A stretch of 52,312 nucleotides of DNA from a virus (IMGVR_UViG_3300044878_000087:258432-310743); one strand, 5' to 3'; positions 37,255-46,636 are shown, numbered from the stretch's first letter. Notes: generated from the sequence alone by a model not told the origin. Translations and numbers: made by a program.

Positions 37255-39429
37255 TTACGCTACACGGCGGAACATGTATGCCGAGTTCACCAGCACACCT
37301 TTGAAGAACTCCAGGTAAGCACCATCGAGGGTGATCACACGGAAGCGACGCAGGATACGTTCACCAGCGTCAGCACGACCGTACATGCCTTTGATAGCAT
37401 CGATCAGCGCTTGGTGAGAATAACCAGACACCAGTTGTGCTTCATCGTTCAGCTTGGCATCGGTCAGGTCTGCGAGAACCCAACCAGTCTGCAGGTTGAC
37501 GTAGGTATCGTTAATCGAGAACACTACTTCGCCTTCGTCGTCTTCTGTACGATGCAGCTGCACAGAACGAGCCAGGATCAGCGATGCTGCTTCTTTCAGA
37601 TACTTCACGTACTTCGCATCGTAGTCGGTGTTCAGAACATCCATCAGTTCGCCGATGTCTTCGATGAAGTTATCGATATTCAGATCCAACGACATCGAGT
37701 CTTTCATGAAGCTATTAACTTCTTTGGTCAGACGCTCTTTGATGAAGTTGAACACGCGATCGGACAGCAGACCTTGACGATTCGCCAGAGCGATATCTTT
37801 AGCGATCTGCTGCAGGTCGTTGGTATCGATAGCCGTCATCAGAACATCGAAGCACTCTTGATCGATGTCGACCAGGTGAGTACGGGTAGAACGATATTCA
37901 TGAGATGGCAGCTTGTCTTCTTTCGACAGACCGAGTTCCTGACGCAGAGTCTTACGGACCTCTACTTCGTTCTCCATGTCAGTGGTGCCTTGATAATCAC
38001 CAGACATCTTAACCGGAGTAGTTTCATCCGCCAGTTGCAGTTCTTTGACTTCTGCGATTGGCAGCATGTCATTGATCTGGGTGTGGATCTTCAATGCAGT
38101 CAGCCGCACTTCGCCGACCGGCTTATACGCTGCACCACGAAGATCAGCATCGATCTCGTGTTGGAGATAGTTCATCATTTCGTTGATCTCAACAATGCTT
38201 TCTTGAACCACGCCGTCTGGCCACTTCGTATAGAAGCGGATAAACTTCTCGGGGTTCACCATTTGGGTATAGACGAATGTGTCATTGCGACTAACCTTCC
38301 AATCAACTTGGTAAGCTGGACGCGTGACGATGCCGCCTGGAGAATAGATGAAGTCGAATGGGCGTTCCTGATCGATCTCTACCCCTGCTGGGATATAGTA
38401 GTGCTGATCGAGGATCACGTCTTTCGCCGACATCGGAATTGGACGATCGAGTTCTTCTACAGTAGGGATCGGGTGATGGATAACCGGAGCTGTTGCTTCT
38501 GCTACGGATACACCATACGACTCTACTGGATTCAGAGCTGGGGTTTGCATCGGTTGCTGCGTGTGCATCTGTTGCACTGGAGCCGGAGCTACAGGTTCTG
38601 CAGACGGGATACCGTAGTCCATACCGGTGTCGCCATTGCCTGGCAGAGATTGTACGGTGATAGCTGGTTGTACGCTGAGCGACTGATGACCTACAGCCAT
38701 CGTCGACAGTTGCATCGGAGCACGCTGTACCATTTGCTGTTGTCCATACACTGGGTTCATACCAACAGCTGGGAGTTGTCCCATGCTAGGTTGAGCCATG
38801 CTCACCATCTGACCATTGTTCATCATGGCCATTTGTGGTTGCTGGGTCATCATCTGTTGTTGCGGTGCTACCATACGACCAGAACGATAAGCCTGAACGT
38901 CTTGCATGATTGCCCCGAACACTTGGCTATACTTCTGAAGCTCAGCCATCATGTTAGGATCTTGCGCAACGAACTGTGCGAGTTGTGGTTGTTCGGCAAC
39001 ACATGCAGCCAGATAGCACTTGAACATGGTATCTGCAGCTTTGGTAACTGCCACTTGCGGTGGATTGTTCTGAGCTTGCACCACGGAGATGAACTCCAGG
39101 AAGCCGGCCAGGTGACCACACCACTGAGCCCAGACCTGGTTTTGGAACCGGCCTTGGGAGATTTTGTTATATGCCCAAGTATGCAGCGAGCTACGTTGTG
39201 CACGTTCCTGCAGACGCAACCGGAAAGTACCGATCGCCATTCCCAACATCTGCATAGCCTGAGGGTTAGCAAGCCATTGGGTTTGTTGTACCTGAGGAAA
39301 CACATCGTTCGATGCAGGCAGGTTCGGATTGAACGTGGACTGATCGAGTTGGTTATAGCAGATGTTCGCCAGATATTGCGGTTGGTTCATTTGAGGCTGT
39401 TGCTGTTGCATCATTTGCTGCTGGTACAT
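37255..39429 (-). CDS. conserved phiKZ-like protein with Gln/Met/Pro-rich low-complexity regions (724 aa)
   Basis: Long ORF with codon usage like the highly expressed genes. Immediately downstream of the nvRNAP subunit and has its own early-type promoter. Confidence 0.8.
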   Translation of the reverse strand: MYQQQMMQQQQPQMNQPQYLANICYNQLDQSTFNPNLPASNDVFPQVQQTQWLANPQAMQMLGMAIGTFRLRLQERAQRSSLHTWAYNKISQGRFQNQVWAQWCGHLAGFLEFISVVQAQNNPPQVAVTKAADTMFKCYLAACVAEQPQLAQFVAQDPNMMAELQKYSQVFGAIMQDVQAYRSGRMVAPQQQMMTQQPQMAMMNNGQMVSMAQPSMGQLPAVGMNPVYGQQQMVQRAPMQLSTMAVGHQSLSVQPAITVQSLPGNGDTGMDYGIPSAEPVAPAPVQQMHTQQPMQTPALNPVESYGVSVAEATAPVIHHPIPTVEELDRPIPMSAKDVILDQHYYIPAGVEIDQERPFDFIYSPGGIVTRPAYQVDWKVSRNDTFVYTQMVNPEKFIRFYTKWPDGVVQESIVEINEMMNYLQHEIDADLRGAAYKPVGEVRLTALKIHTQINDMLPIAEVKELQLADETTPVKMSGDYQGTTDMENEVEVRKTLRQELGLSKEDKLPSHEYRSTRTHLVDIDQECFDVLMTAIDTNDLQQIAKDIALANRQGLLSDRVFNFIKERLTKEVNSFMKDSMSLDLNIDNFIEDIGELMDVLNTDYDAKYVKYLKEAASLILARSVQLHRTEDDEGEVVFSINDTYVNLQTGWVLADLTDAKLNDEAQLVSGYSHQALIDAIKGMYGRADAGERILRRFRVITLDGAYLEFFKGVLVNSAYMFRRVA

Positions 39430-39490
39430 GCATGTTTCCTGTTGGATGTTTGCAATTTGGGGTTACCCCTTCTGTGTGGATCTTACCCCA

Positions 39491-39511
39491 GTGATATAGA
39501 CTTGAGATTTT
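39491..39511 (-). promoter_or_regulatory. early (virion RNAP) promoter
   Basis: Minus strand AAAATCTCAAGTCTATATCAC, one mismatch to the phiKZ early consensus TATATTAC. Near-copy at 42965. Confidence 0.65.
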
Positions 39512-41138
39512 ATCGACTGAAGCGAGCTTGTGCTGCGTCGATTCGTTCTCTTACATCTTCACGTCTTTCGATCAGACCGTCATGACGGAACTGTACGAAT
39601 AGATTGAGGCGACCACGACCATCGGGGTTATTCTTCGGCTGGTTTCGGAACTGGCATACCTCAGCGATAGAGGCGTTCAGCAACCGAGAGTTATCTGCGA
39701 GCAGGGATTTGTTATGCGCCAATGCAGACTTCGCACGATCCTGAGGGACGAGGATAGACGTACAGCGAATAACCTTGTTGGACCCTGGCATAGACAACGT
39801 GTCAAGCTCACCGTGTTCCGACGTCAGCTTACGGATGGCTGTGTTCAGTTTGAATGAACGTTTCAGACCATCGTTCAGTTCCTGCAACGACCATTCGGTT
39901 TTATCCCGACGGCCTTGGAACATATAAGAGAACATGGATACGGTGTAGTTGAAATCTTCCATCACATACGGCAGTACGGTCAGACGCTTGTTATACATCG
40001 ACGTTTCATCAATGTCGGATGCATACAAGTGGTGAGACATACTCGTCATGATCGAGTGAAACAGTTCCCAGATGCTGCTAGCTTTAACGCCAACAGAATG
40101 CAGCTCTTCCATGGTCATCTCATCAAGAGTTGTTTCCAGGGAATACATGTGGGATTTGATGTTCTCTGCAACTTTGCCCTGGTGTTCGAAATCGCCGAAT
40201 ACCATGTGGCCGAGGATAATCCGCCACAGATCGATGGAGTCTGCATAGTGGGGTTCAACAAACCGGTTAGGGAATGTATCGACCACATACCAGAAACCCG
40301 CTACCAAACGCTTAACCAGATCAGTTTCCTGATGAGCTGGAACCACGAGCACGTGATCACCTGTTGGGTGATTGCCGGTCAAGTGTGCGGATTGATACAC
40401 GTTCCATTGGTCACGTGGGTATTTCTCTGGTGGGAAATCTTTCAGATAACCTACCTGTACATCTGCACCTGCCCATTGCTTGAATGTCTGCGTGACACCA
40501 AACTGAGCGAAGAAGTATTGAGCCAAGCTGGATTCGATTCGCTCACGCTTATCATAATCCTTTTTAGTTCGTTTGCCCATCTCGTTGTGAATCTGAGACC
40601 AGATCACGTACATGATCTTTCGGTTGCCATTACAGAAGTAGTGATGCGACTTCTGTTTGAATGTCAACTTGGTCCGACGGAATGGGATAAAGATGCTACC
40701 ATTCAGCACGGAGAAGCCTACATCTTTCGACACTGGAGATACGGTATACTTAGCACCGTTCAATGTGACGACACCACCATCTTCTACATAAGGCAACAGT
40801 AGAGGACGGGGGAACAACGGTTCGCCTTTATAGGTGAAGTTCAAGTTCACCATGTAAGTGTTGGTCTTAGCGATGTTTGCAATCCGCTTAGAACCATACT
40901 CACGAGTAATCTCATCGAAATGTTTCCACGCTGTCACCAACGTGTTACCAACATACTTGAAATCTTCAGGCCAACTGGAGGCGTTAATTGCCATGATCTT
41001 ATCGATCTCACGCCGGGTCTTATTCATACCCGTGTCTTCATCGATTGCCATCATCTGTTCTGTTGCGATGCCATTTGCCAGGATGGGATTCATCCGCGGC
41101 ATGATTGCTTTGATACCGGCAATTAGTTTCGGGTCCAA
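39510..41138 (-). CDS. non-virion RNA polymerase beta subunit, N-terminal part (phiKZ gp123-like)
   Basis: 542 aa, LLLPYVEDGG...LNGAKYTVSPV, NNPDGRGRLN. Size and position next to MCP fit gp123. TTG start. Confidence 0.8.
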   Translation of the reverse strand: MDPKLIAGIKAIMPRMNPILANGIATEQMMAIDEDTGMNKTRREIDKIMAINASSWPEDFKYVGNTLVTAWKHFDEITREYGSKRIANIAKTNTYMVNLNFTYKGEPLFPRPLLLPYVEDGGVVTLNGAKYTVSPVSKDVGFSVLNGSIFIPFRRTKLTFKQKSHHYFCNGNRKIMYVIWSQIHNEMGKRTKKDYDKRERIESSLAQYFFAQFGVTQTFKQWAGADVQVGYLKDFPPEKYPRDQWNVYQSAHLTGNHPTGDHVLVVPAHQETDLVKRLVAGFWYVVDTFPNRFVEPHYADSIDLWRIILGHMVFGDFEHQGKVAENIKSHMYSLETTLDEMTMEELHSVGVKASSIWELFHSIMTSMSHHLYASDIDETSMYNKRLTVLPYVMEDFNYTVSMFSYMFQGRRDKTEWSLQELNDGLKRSFKLNTAIRKLTSEHGELDTLSMPGSNKVIRCTSILVPQDRAKSALAHNKSLLADNSRLLNASIAEVCQFRNQPKNNPDGRGRLNLFVQFRHDGLIERREDVRERIDAAQARFSR

Positions 41139-41139
41139 G

Positions 41140-42300
41140 CTATTCTTCTCCTTTGAGGCTGGTGAAGATCTTGATGATTGCCTCTATGCCCTTCGGCCCG
41201 GTAATCAACAGACCTACCGCGCCCTGAACGAGCGATAGGACTGCTGCACGTTTAACATTCGTGCTGGCATCTTTCTTATCGACTCTTTGATCAGCGTAAG
41301 CGCGTTCTTCTCTACTCAGCTGCAGTAGATCGCGGAGTTCCTTCGATTCACGTTCGGCTTCTTTAATCCGCCGTTCATATTCTCGGTTCTCTGCATCACG
41401 CTGTAGCTGTTCATCTTTCTGTCGACGATCATAACTCGTCTGTTCTTCTTTGATGCGTCGTTCGTATTCTCGATCTACCTGTAGTTGATATGCACGTTGT
41501 GCCTGAGCGATTTCTGCTGCGGTCTCACCGCGAGCAGCTGCTGCATCTTGCTCAGTCATATAAAAACCATTCGCAGACAACTCGTCTATACGAAAGATTC
41601 GTTCTGTACCATTCGAATGGATAATAAGTCCTTCGGGCTGGTTGGGGTCATTCTGATTCTTACACAAGAACCGAGTTGTGGTGCCTTTGAGATTTAGCCA
41701 AATGCCCTCAATCATGAAATCGATTTTGTTAAAGGAAGCTGTAATGCCTTCGCCCGTAAACTCTACGTTCGGTGGTCGATAGTCAGCTGGATAGATAGCT
41801 GCACCTTTGTGATGCTTAGCCAGTCTAACTACAATGCCCAGAGCTTCGATATGAACGCCGCCTGGGGATCTTTGCAGCATCTCTAGGGGAATGTCCCAAT
41901 AGAAATACAACGTGCCTGGAGCGACTGCTGTGTTGTGTTCTAGGTCCTGTCCCTTCAGAGCTTTGTCGATATAATCAACCATCTCTGCTGGTACGTGTTC
42001 CATGAGCTCATGCATGCCCAGATAATCAGGTCTTGCACCACCACAAGGTTTCAGTGAGATCTCGACACGCACAACTTCAGGGTTAGCTGGGCTGCGCGCA
42101 TCGAGATGATACGGAATACACAAGTTATCCCAAGTAACAATCTCCATCCGAGTTCGGTTTTCGACGTTCACGGATTTAACTAGAGTTGCATACTTGGGAT
42201 TGGTTACCGGGAAGGTATCCGCCTTGGTGTTTGGTTTTGTAGTGGGGGTCTTGCTAATGCCTTTGATTCGAGAAAATGGATCGATGATGCTAGACGTCAT
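41140..42300 (-). CDS. conserved hypothetical protein with C-terminal charged coiled coil and hydrophobic helix (gp122-like)
   Basis: Repeated REYERRIKE helix and terminal AAVLSLVQGAVGLLIT. Confidence 0.7.
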   Translation of the reverse strand: MTSSIIDPFSRIKGISKTPTTKPNTKADTFPVTNPKYATLVKSVNVENRTRMEIVTWDNLCIPYHLDARSPANPEVVRVEISLKPCGGARPDYLGMHELMEHVPAEMVDYIDKALKGQDLEHNTAVAPGTLYFYWDIPLEMLQRSPGGVHIEALGIVVRLAKHHKGAAIYPADYRPPNVEFTGEGITASFNKIDFMIEGIWLNLKGTTTRFLCKNQNDPNQPEGLIIHSNGTERIFRIDELSANGFYMTEQDAAAARGETAAEIAQAQRAYQLQVDREYERRIKEEQTSYDRRQKDEQLQRDAENREYERRIKEAERESKELRDLLQLSREERAYADQRVDKKDASTNVKRAAVLSLVQGAVGLLITGPKGIEAIIKIFTSLKGEE

Positions 42301-42305
42301 AAAAG

Positions 42306-42920
42306 CTATTCCAACCTGAACCCGAAGCCGAGGTCACCGAGGTTTACTTTTTCCGGTGCACTGGTTTCTTGTGTACTACTACCGTCTCGGTTACTGTTTT
42401 TCCGAGGATTCTTGTTTGCCGTTTTTCCACCTTTACGGCTGGTGGCTTCTTTGGCTCTTCTTTCTTTTCTATTTCCGGTTTCGGCGGGGCTTTTCCTTTC
42501 GGTAGCCTTACCCGCTTTCGCTGGACTAGCTAACCCCCTTGACGGCTTTGCAGGCGCCTGTTCGGGTGTTAACTTGAGTGGTACAATTGTTACTGGTTCA
42601 GGTTGTACAGGATTATCTGTCTCAGTATTTTTTCTCCTTTTATCCAGTTCTTCTTCCAGGTCAATAACCTTGAAATCAATATCGTCTTGCACTGGTGGTT
42701 CTTCTACAACCGGAGCCACTTCAGGCTGAGGCGATAGTTGGACATCAGGTGTCGTTATATAACCATTCTCCTTTGTCTTGCGACGATCAACTTCAACGAT
42801 ACGATCAGGGAGGTTCGCTCCTTGATAATGATCGAAGTAGAAGGGTGCGTGAACCATGGCTGAGAAATCACCATGGAAATCGTTTTTGAGTACGCTGTTA
42901 AACTTATCAAAATAGTCCAT
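42306..42920 (-). CDS. hypothetical protein with disordered Pro/Lys-rich C-terminus
   Basis: GAGGT RBS before ATG 42920, downstream of an early promoter. Confidence 0.7.
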   Translation of the reverse strand: MDYFDKFNSVLKNDFHGDFSAMVHAPFYFDHYQGANLPDRIVEVDRRKTKENGYITTPDVQLSPQPEVAPVVEEPPVQDDIDFKVIDLEEELDKRRKNTETDNPVQPEPVTIVPLKLTPEQAPAKPSRGLASPAKAGKATERKSPAETGNRKERRAKEATSRKGGKTANKNPRKNSNRDGSSTQETSAPEKVNLGDLGFGFRLE

Positions 42921-42964
42921 GGTAATTACCTCGGAATTTGTCTTTGTGTTATAGCTGCAGTCTA

Positions 42965-42987
42965 GTAATATAGATCTGAGATTTTTT
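42965..42987 (-). promoter_or_regulatory. early (virion RNAP) promoter
   Basis: Minus strand AAAAAATCTCAGATCTATATTAC contains the exact phiKZ early consensus TATATTAC. Confidence 0.75.
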
Positions 42988-43001
42988 ACAACCAGAGACG
43001 A

Positions 43002-43033
43002 CATAAAGCCTACCCCGGAAGGTAGGCCAAATA
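43002..43033 (-). terminator. hairpin terminator
   Basis: CATA-aa-GCCTACC-CCGGAA-GGTAGGC. Minus strand ends GGCTTTATG. Confidence 0.75.
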
Positions 43034-43034
43034 A

Positions 43035-43649
43035 TCAAACCCAGTCTTGTGTGCCATCGATCAACTCTAGGATAGGTCGCCATCCACGTGAGTTAAATAC
43101 AGTGTCGTTTGCGGCGTTGGTAAGAATGGCAATGTTGTTCTTGCTACCACGAATGTAGTACTGTGAGCCATTAAATGGTTCTTTAATGTAAACTCCCACT
43201 CCGATACTTGAAGAGTTTGCATCACCTACACCTAGTTCATCATACGAATAGTTTGCCCAGCGTTTGTATGGAGCTGTAGTCGGTCCACATAGGCCGAACA
43301 TATATTTAGCCCATTCACTTGTTGTGTTGTTAACCCCTGTAAACAATCGACATTGCCAAGTTGCACCACCGATATTAACGTTCGCGTTATTGACTGCATT
43401 GCATGCGTTAATGTGAAGTCCATAGCGTAATGCTTTCTGTGGGATAGCAAAGACTTTATCATCATCCCGGATGATCATCCATGCAGTTGTATCAGCCCAT
43501 GCCGTTAGTGTTCCTTTCTGTGCTTGGGCATCCATACCAGTTGCTGCGCTGAATGCAGAACCAGTAATGAACTCAGCTGGTGACAATAATACATGTATTG
43601 GTTTAGGTGGCGTAGGTGCGATAGCTTTTCCCATTAGTGCTTCAAACAT
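43035..43649 (-). CDS. putative virion protein of the phiKZ-like GWRP(V/I)LEL paralog family
   Basis: FITGSAFS, FAIPQKALRY, SEWAKYMFGL and C-terminal RGWRPILELI. GGAGG RBS. Confidence 0.65.
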   Translation of the reverse strand: MFEALMGKAIAPTPPKPIHVLLSPAEFITGSAFSAATGMDAQAQKGTLTAWADTTAWMIIRDDDKVFAIPQKALRYGLHINACNAVNNANVNIGGATWQCRLFTGVNNTTSEWAKYMFGLCGPTTAPYKRWANYSYDELGVGDANSSSIGVGVYIKEPFNGSQYYIRGSKNNIAILTNAANDTVFNSRGWRPILELIDGTQDWV

Positions 43650-43693
43650 AGGTCCTCCATTATCTAAATATTTTCCTATACATGATAACGCGA

Positions 43694-43725
43694 CATAAAG
43701 CCTACCCCGAAGGGTAGGCCGTATG
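43694..43725. terminator. MCP operon terminator (CATA-hairpin-TATG family)
   Basis: CATA-aa-GCCTACCC-CGAA-GGGTAGGC-cg-TATG. Starts 1 nt after the second in-frame stop, not after the annotated MCP stop. Confidence 0.8.
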
Positions 43726-43726
43726 T

Positions 43727-43813
43727 TTAACCTTCTAGGTACCGCTGGGTAGTACCGTCCTCAAAGTACCGGATAGTACCGTCTTCATATCGACGGACGT
43801 TGCCCGGATTCCT
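43727..43813 (-). other. in-frame 28-codon readthrough extension of the major capsid protein (RNPGNVRRYEDGTIRYFEDGTTQRYLEG*)
   Basis: Hand translation past the TGA at 43816-43814. Frame stays open to TAA at 43729-43727. Repeat motif matches the C-terminus of 15946-16485. Confidence 0.7.
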
Positions 43814-46033
43814 TCAAGGTGCTTTAACAGCATCGATCAGTGGTTTGTTCCACTGCGATTTGCCCATCACTTCTTCCAGACCAGTGATGGTCAGGTTGAT
43901 TGCGAATGGGATGTTGTTAACGTGCAGGTTGAATGGAACAGCTGCGATCTCACGAGTCACTTGCTGGCCACCACGAGTGATAGGTAGGTCAGCGATCACG
44001 GTCGATACGTAGAAGAACTGACCGAAGGACAGGATGTCGTTTTCGGTTGGGTTCTTACGAGTAGGAACGATTACCAGTTTACCATCGAACAGTTCGTTGT
44101 TGGTAGTTACCAGGTCGTACTCGAGGATTGCGCCCAGGGTACGGTCGTCGCCTTGAGTCATCAGGTAGTTACCGATTTCTTTGTCGGTAGCGAAGATGAA
44201 CATTGGCTTCTCGTCTTGGTTGCCCGAGATCACACGGAACGCAGCTTCGATGTTCGATTCACGGTAGGCCGGGAACAGAATACCTTTAGCGAAGTTCAGG
44301 ATGGTCGAGCAAACGTCTTGCCAGCGATCTTGCGACTTCAGAGTGTCGATGTGATCTGGCAGGTGCAGCGAACCTTCACGGTAGGTAGGACGCATCATGA
44401 TGCTCAGTGCGCCTTCAACAGCGCCGAACTTCGGACGGTCGTAACCATTACCAACTACTTCTTTCAGCTGAGCCAGGTAGTTCAACAGACGTTTAACAGC
44501 GTTGTTGCTGTTACGGATGTTGGTGTTGACAGTCAGTGCCTTCACGACGTCGCCTGGGCCTTGCTCATCCATGGTGGACATTGGCAGGGTGACAGGAGCG
44601 TGCATCGGGATTGGGTGACGGAACTGGATAGCACGAGTTTGCAACAGGTGACCACGCTGACGGCGGTTAGTGTTGGTGAACTTCAGGTCCAGGTCGTAGC
44701 CAACTACTTCGAGTTCGCCGATAGCTGCAACCAAAGCTGCACCATCGCCAGTCTCGATCGAGATCAGCTTGCGGTCTTCGTCGACGATACGGTCGATTTC
44801 GATACCAGTTGCGCCGTAACGAGCATCACCACGGGAGGTCGAAACACTGCCGTTGAACGATACGCTGATACGAGCGGTCCACTTACGGTTGATCAGTTCC
44901 TGCACGTTAGCAGAAATCGAACCGTCGATTGCTTTGGTGTCTTCGCCAACAACCAGGTCTTCAGAGATGAAGTCTAGTTTAGCCAGACGGGTGTCGCCGA
45001 TCAGACCAGGCTGGAATACAGCGGTAGGCAGACGGTCAACAACGAAGCGGATTACTTTGCCGTCGAACTTGACGTACAGAGCTTTCAGGCGGCCACTTGG
45101 GTCGATGGTATCCGAAATGTCCAGCATGCCTTTGTTGATCAGCAGGTTGGCGTTCGAGTTACCCATCAGGTCGATCTTCACGTTTGGCTTCAGTGGGCCA
45201 GTAGTGATGGTCATGTTCTGTTCGTTGGTCACTGTGTGGTGTGGAACCAGAGCATTGTCAGTGAAGAACTTCAGGTTGGTACCATCTGGATCAACAGCAG
45301 GGATCAGGTCGGTGCAGTTGTCGTCCAGGATCGATGGATCACGGTAGGCTTCTACCATGTTCACTTCTTCGTTAGCCAGCTTCTGGCCCGAAACAGCGTG
45401 GTAGACGTCTTTCATTACAGCGATGTACGGAAGAACCTGAACCACACCACCTTCAACTGGGTTGATAACGGTAGTTGGGTACAGACGTTCAGCGAACTCG
45501 TCCTGACGGGAAGCTTCGAGGTTGTAACCTACAGTTACGACGCGGAAGTCCCGTTGGGATTTTTCGTTGTAGTTTTCCAGGCCCAGGTGGTCTTGGAATA
45601 CTTGCAGGGAGCCAGCAGGACCGTTGAACTCGTGACGTACGTTGTGTACGTGCTCTTCGTTCGAAACTACTTCTTTCGATACTGCACGCAGAGCTTTCTT
45701 GTAAGCGTCTGGGTCAGCACAGGCGATAGCAGCAACGGTAGCAGCGCGCTGTTGGTTTTCGGTGATGTACGACTTGCCGTCAGTGAAGTGCTCGAAGCCG
45801 TATTTCTTCATGGCGGTGCCAAGGTCGGAGTACATCTGACCAGCGGTAGTACGGCCAGCTTCAGTAATGTCACCGAAGTTTTCTTGGCTGATGAATTCTA
45901 CCAGGCCTTTACCTTTAGCCAGGACGGAGTCGCCGTAGTTCTGTTCGGCAGACAGTGCACCGAGGAAGTCTTCCATCGAGAAGCGGGTGTATTGCTTCTG
46001 TGCGTTATGTTTAAACAGTGAATCGAGATTCAT
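43814..46033 (-). CDS. major capsid protein (phiKZ gp120-like)
   Basis: 739 aa, strongly biased codon usage, N-terminal x-S/G-x-E cleavage-type sites (FSME, ISQE, LGLE), ASRQDEFAERLYPT. Next to gp119-like and DnaB. Confidence 0.9.
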   Translation of the reverse strand: MNLDSLFKHNAQKQYTRFSMEDFLGALSAEQNYGDSVLAKGKGLVEFISQENFGDITEAGRTTAGQMYSDLGTAMKKYGFEHFTDGKSYITENQQRAATVAAIACADPDAYKKALRAVSKEVVSNEEHVHNVRHEFNGPAGSLQVFQDHLGLENYNEKSQRDFRVVTVGYNLEASRQDEFAERLYPTTVINPVEGGVVQVLPYIAVMKDVYHAVSGQKLANEEVNMVEAYRDPSILDDNCTDLIPAVDPDGTNLKFFTDNALVPHHTVTNEQNMTITTGPLKPNVKIDLMGNSNANLLINKGMLDISDTIDPSGRLKALYVKFDGKVIRFVVDRLPTAVFQPGLIGDTRLAKLDFISEDLVVGEDTKAIDGSISANVQELINRKWTARISVSFNGSVSTSRGDARYGATGIEIDRIVDEDRKLISIETGDGAALVAAIGELEVVGYDLDLKFTNTNRRQRGHLLQTRAIQFRHPIPMHAPVTLPMSTMDEQGPGDVVKALTVNTNIRNSNNAVKRLLNYLAQLKEVVGNGYDRPKFGAVEGALSIMMRPTYREGSLHLPDHIDTLKSQDRWQDVCSTILNFAKGILFPAYRESNIEAAFRVISGNQDEKPMFIFATDKEIGNYLMTQGDDRTLGAILEYDLVTTNNELFDGKLVIVPTRKNPTENDILSFGQFFYVSTVIADLPITRGGQQVTREIAAVPFNLHVNNIPFAINLTITGLEEVMGKSQWNKPLIDAVKAP

Positions 46034-46090
46034 GATCTATTCCTTCGAAGGGATGAGGTTTTGGTGGTGTTACAAAATTCAGGGATGCAG

Positions 46091-46636
46091 TTACTTCGCC
46101 TGCAATGCCTCTAAATAATAAGTGAACAGTTTTGTCGAAGCGACACTCTCGAATGTGCGAGTTCGCATCAGTTCGCCGATCATATCATCAAATAATGCAC
46201 GATTGGCCTTGATGGAGAGTCGAGCAGGATCGCCATTACCCGTGTGCAAACTCTTTTGCACAGCAACCCAAAGATTCTCATCTACAGGATAAAGGCTGTA
46301 TTCATAGCATTCAAGGCTAGGATGCAGCGCTTTGGTTAGTGCGTTGTTGGTAATACGTCCTTCTACACGATTGTGTAAATCTTGCATCTTAAGGTTCGTA
46401 ACACCTGGTGCACTGGCTAGTTGCATGAGTCCCGTTACAGGACTGTCTGCTAATTCAACTTTTGTAGTGGAACAAAACTTGAATGGGAATTTGTTGATAG
46501 CATCATGGATGGCAGCGAGGTCGCTGACAGACGCAACGCTTGACATATAGTTAATATCAAGCAATTTGGTTAGCTGAACGCCGTCATTACGGAAATGTTC
46601 CAGCAAGTCGGCGGGTAGTACTAACAGTTTGACCAT
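46091..46636 (-). CDS. virion protein (phiKZ gp119-like)
   Basis: Sits between MCP and DnaB. Start chosen at MVKLLVLP. Confidence 0.7.
   Translation of the reverse strand: MVKLLVLPADLLEHFRNDGVQLTKLLDINYMSSVASVSDLAAIHDAINKFPFKFCSTTKVELADSPVTGLMQLASAPGVTNLKMQDLHNRVEGRITNNALTKALHPSLECYEYSLYPVDENLWVAVQKSLHTGNGDPARLSIKANRALFDDMIGELMRTRTFESVASTKLFTYYLEALQAK

Noticed and set aside
37162-39585. 807-aa plus-strand ORF
   Set aside because: Antisense shadow of the codon-biased 724-aa gene, with no recognisable motifs and a TTG start.
43740-43785. GTACC/AGTACCG short DNA repeats after MCP as a mini-CRISPR, iteron or operator array
   Set aside because: Too short and irregular. They are explained by the coded R-Y and D-G-T peptide repeats on the minus strand.
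43775-43816. Selenocysteine insertion at the MCP UGA (small CCGTC/GACGG stem downstream)
   Set aside because: The stem is only 5 bp, I cannot match it to a bacterial SECIS, and there is no redox context. It might weakly stimulate readthrough but this is unsupported.
44153-46021. Plus-strand ORFs of 164-274 aa inside MCP, and the similar 389-aa minus ORF inside uvsX
   Set aside because: Shadow frames caused by strong codon bias.
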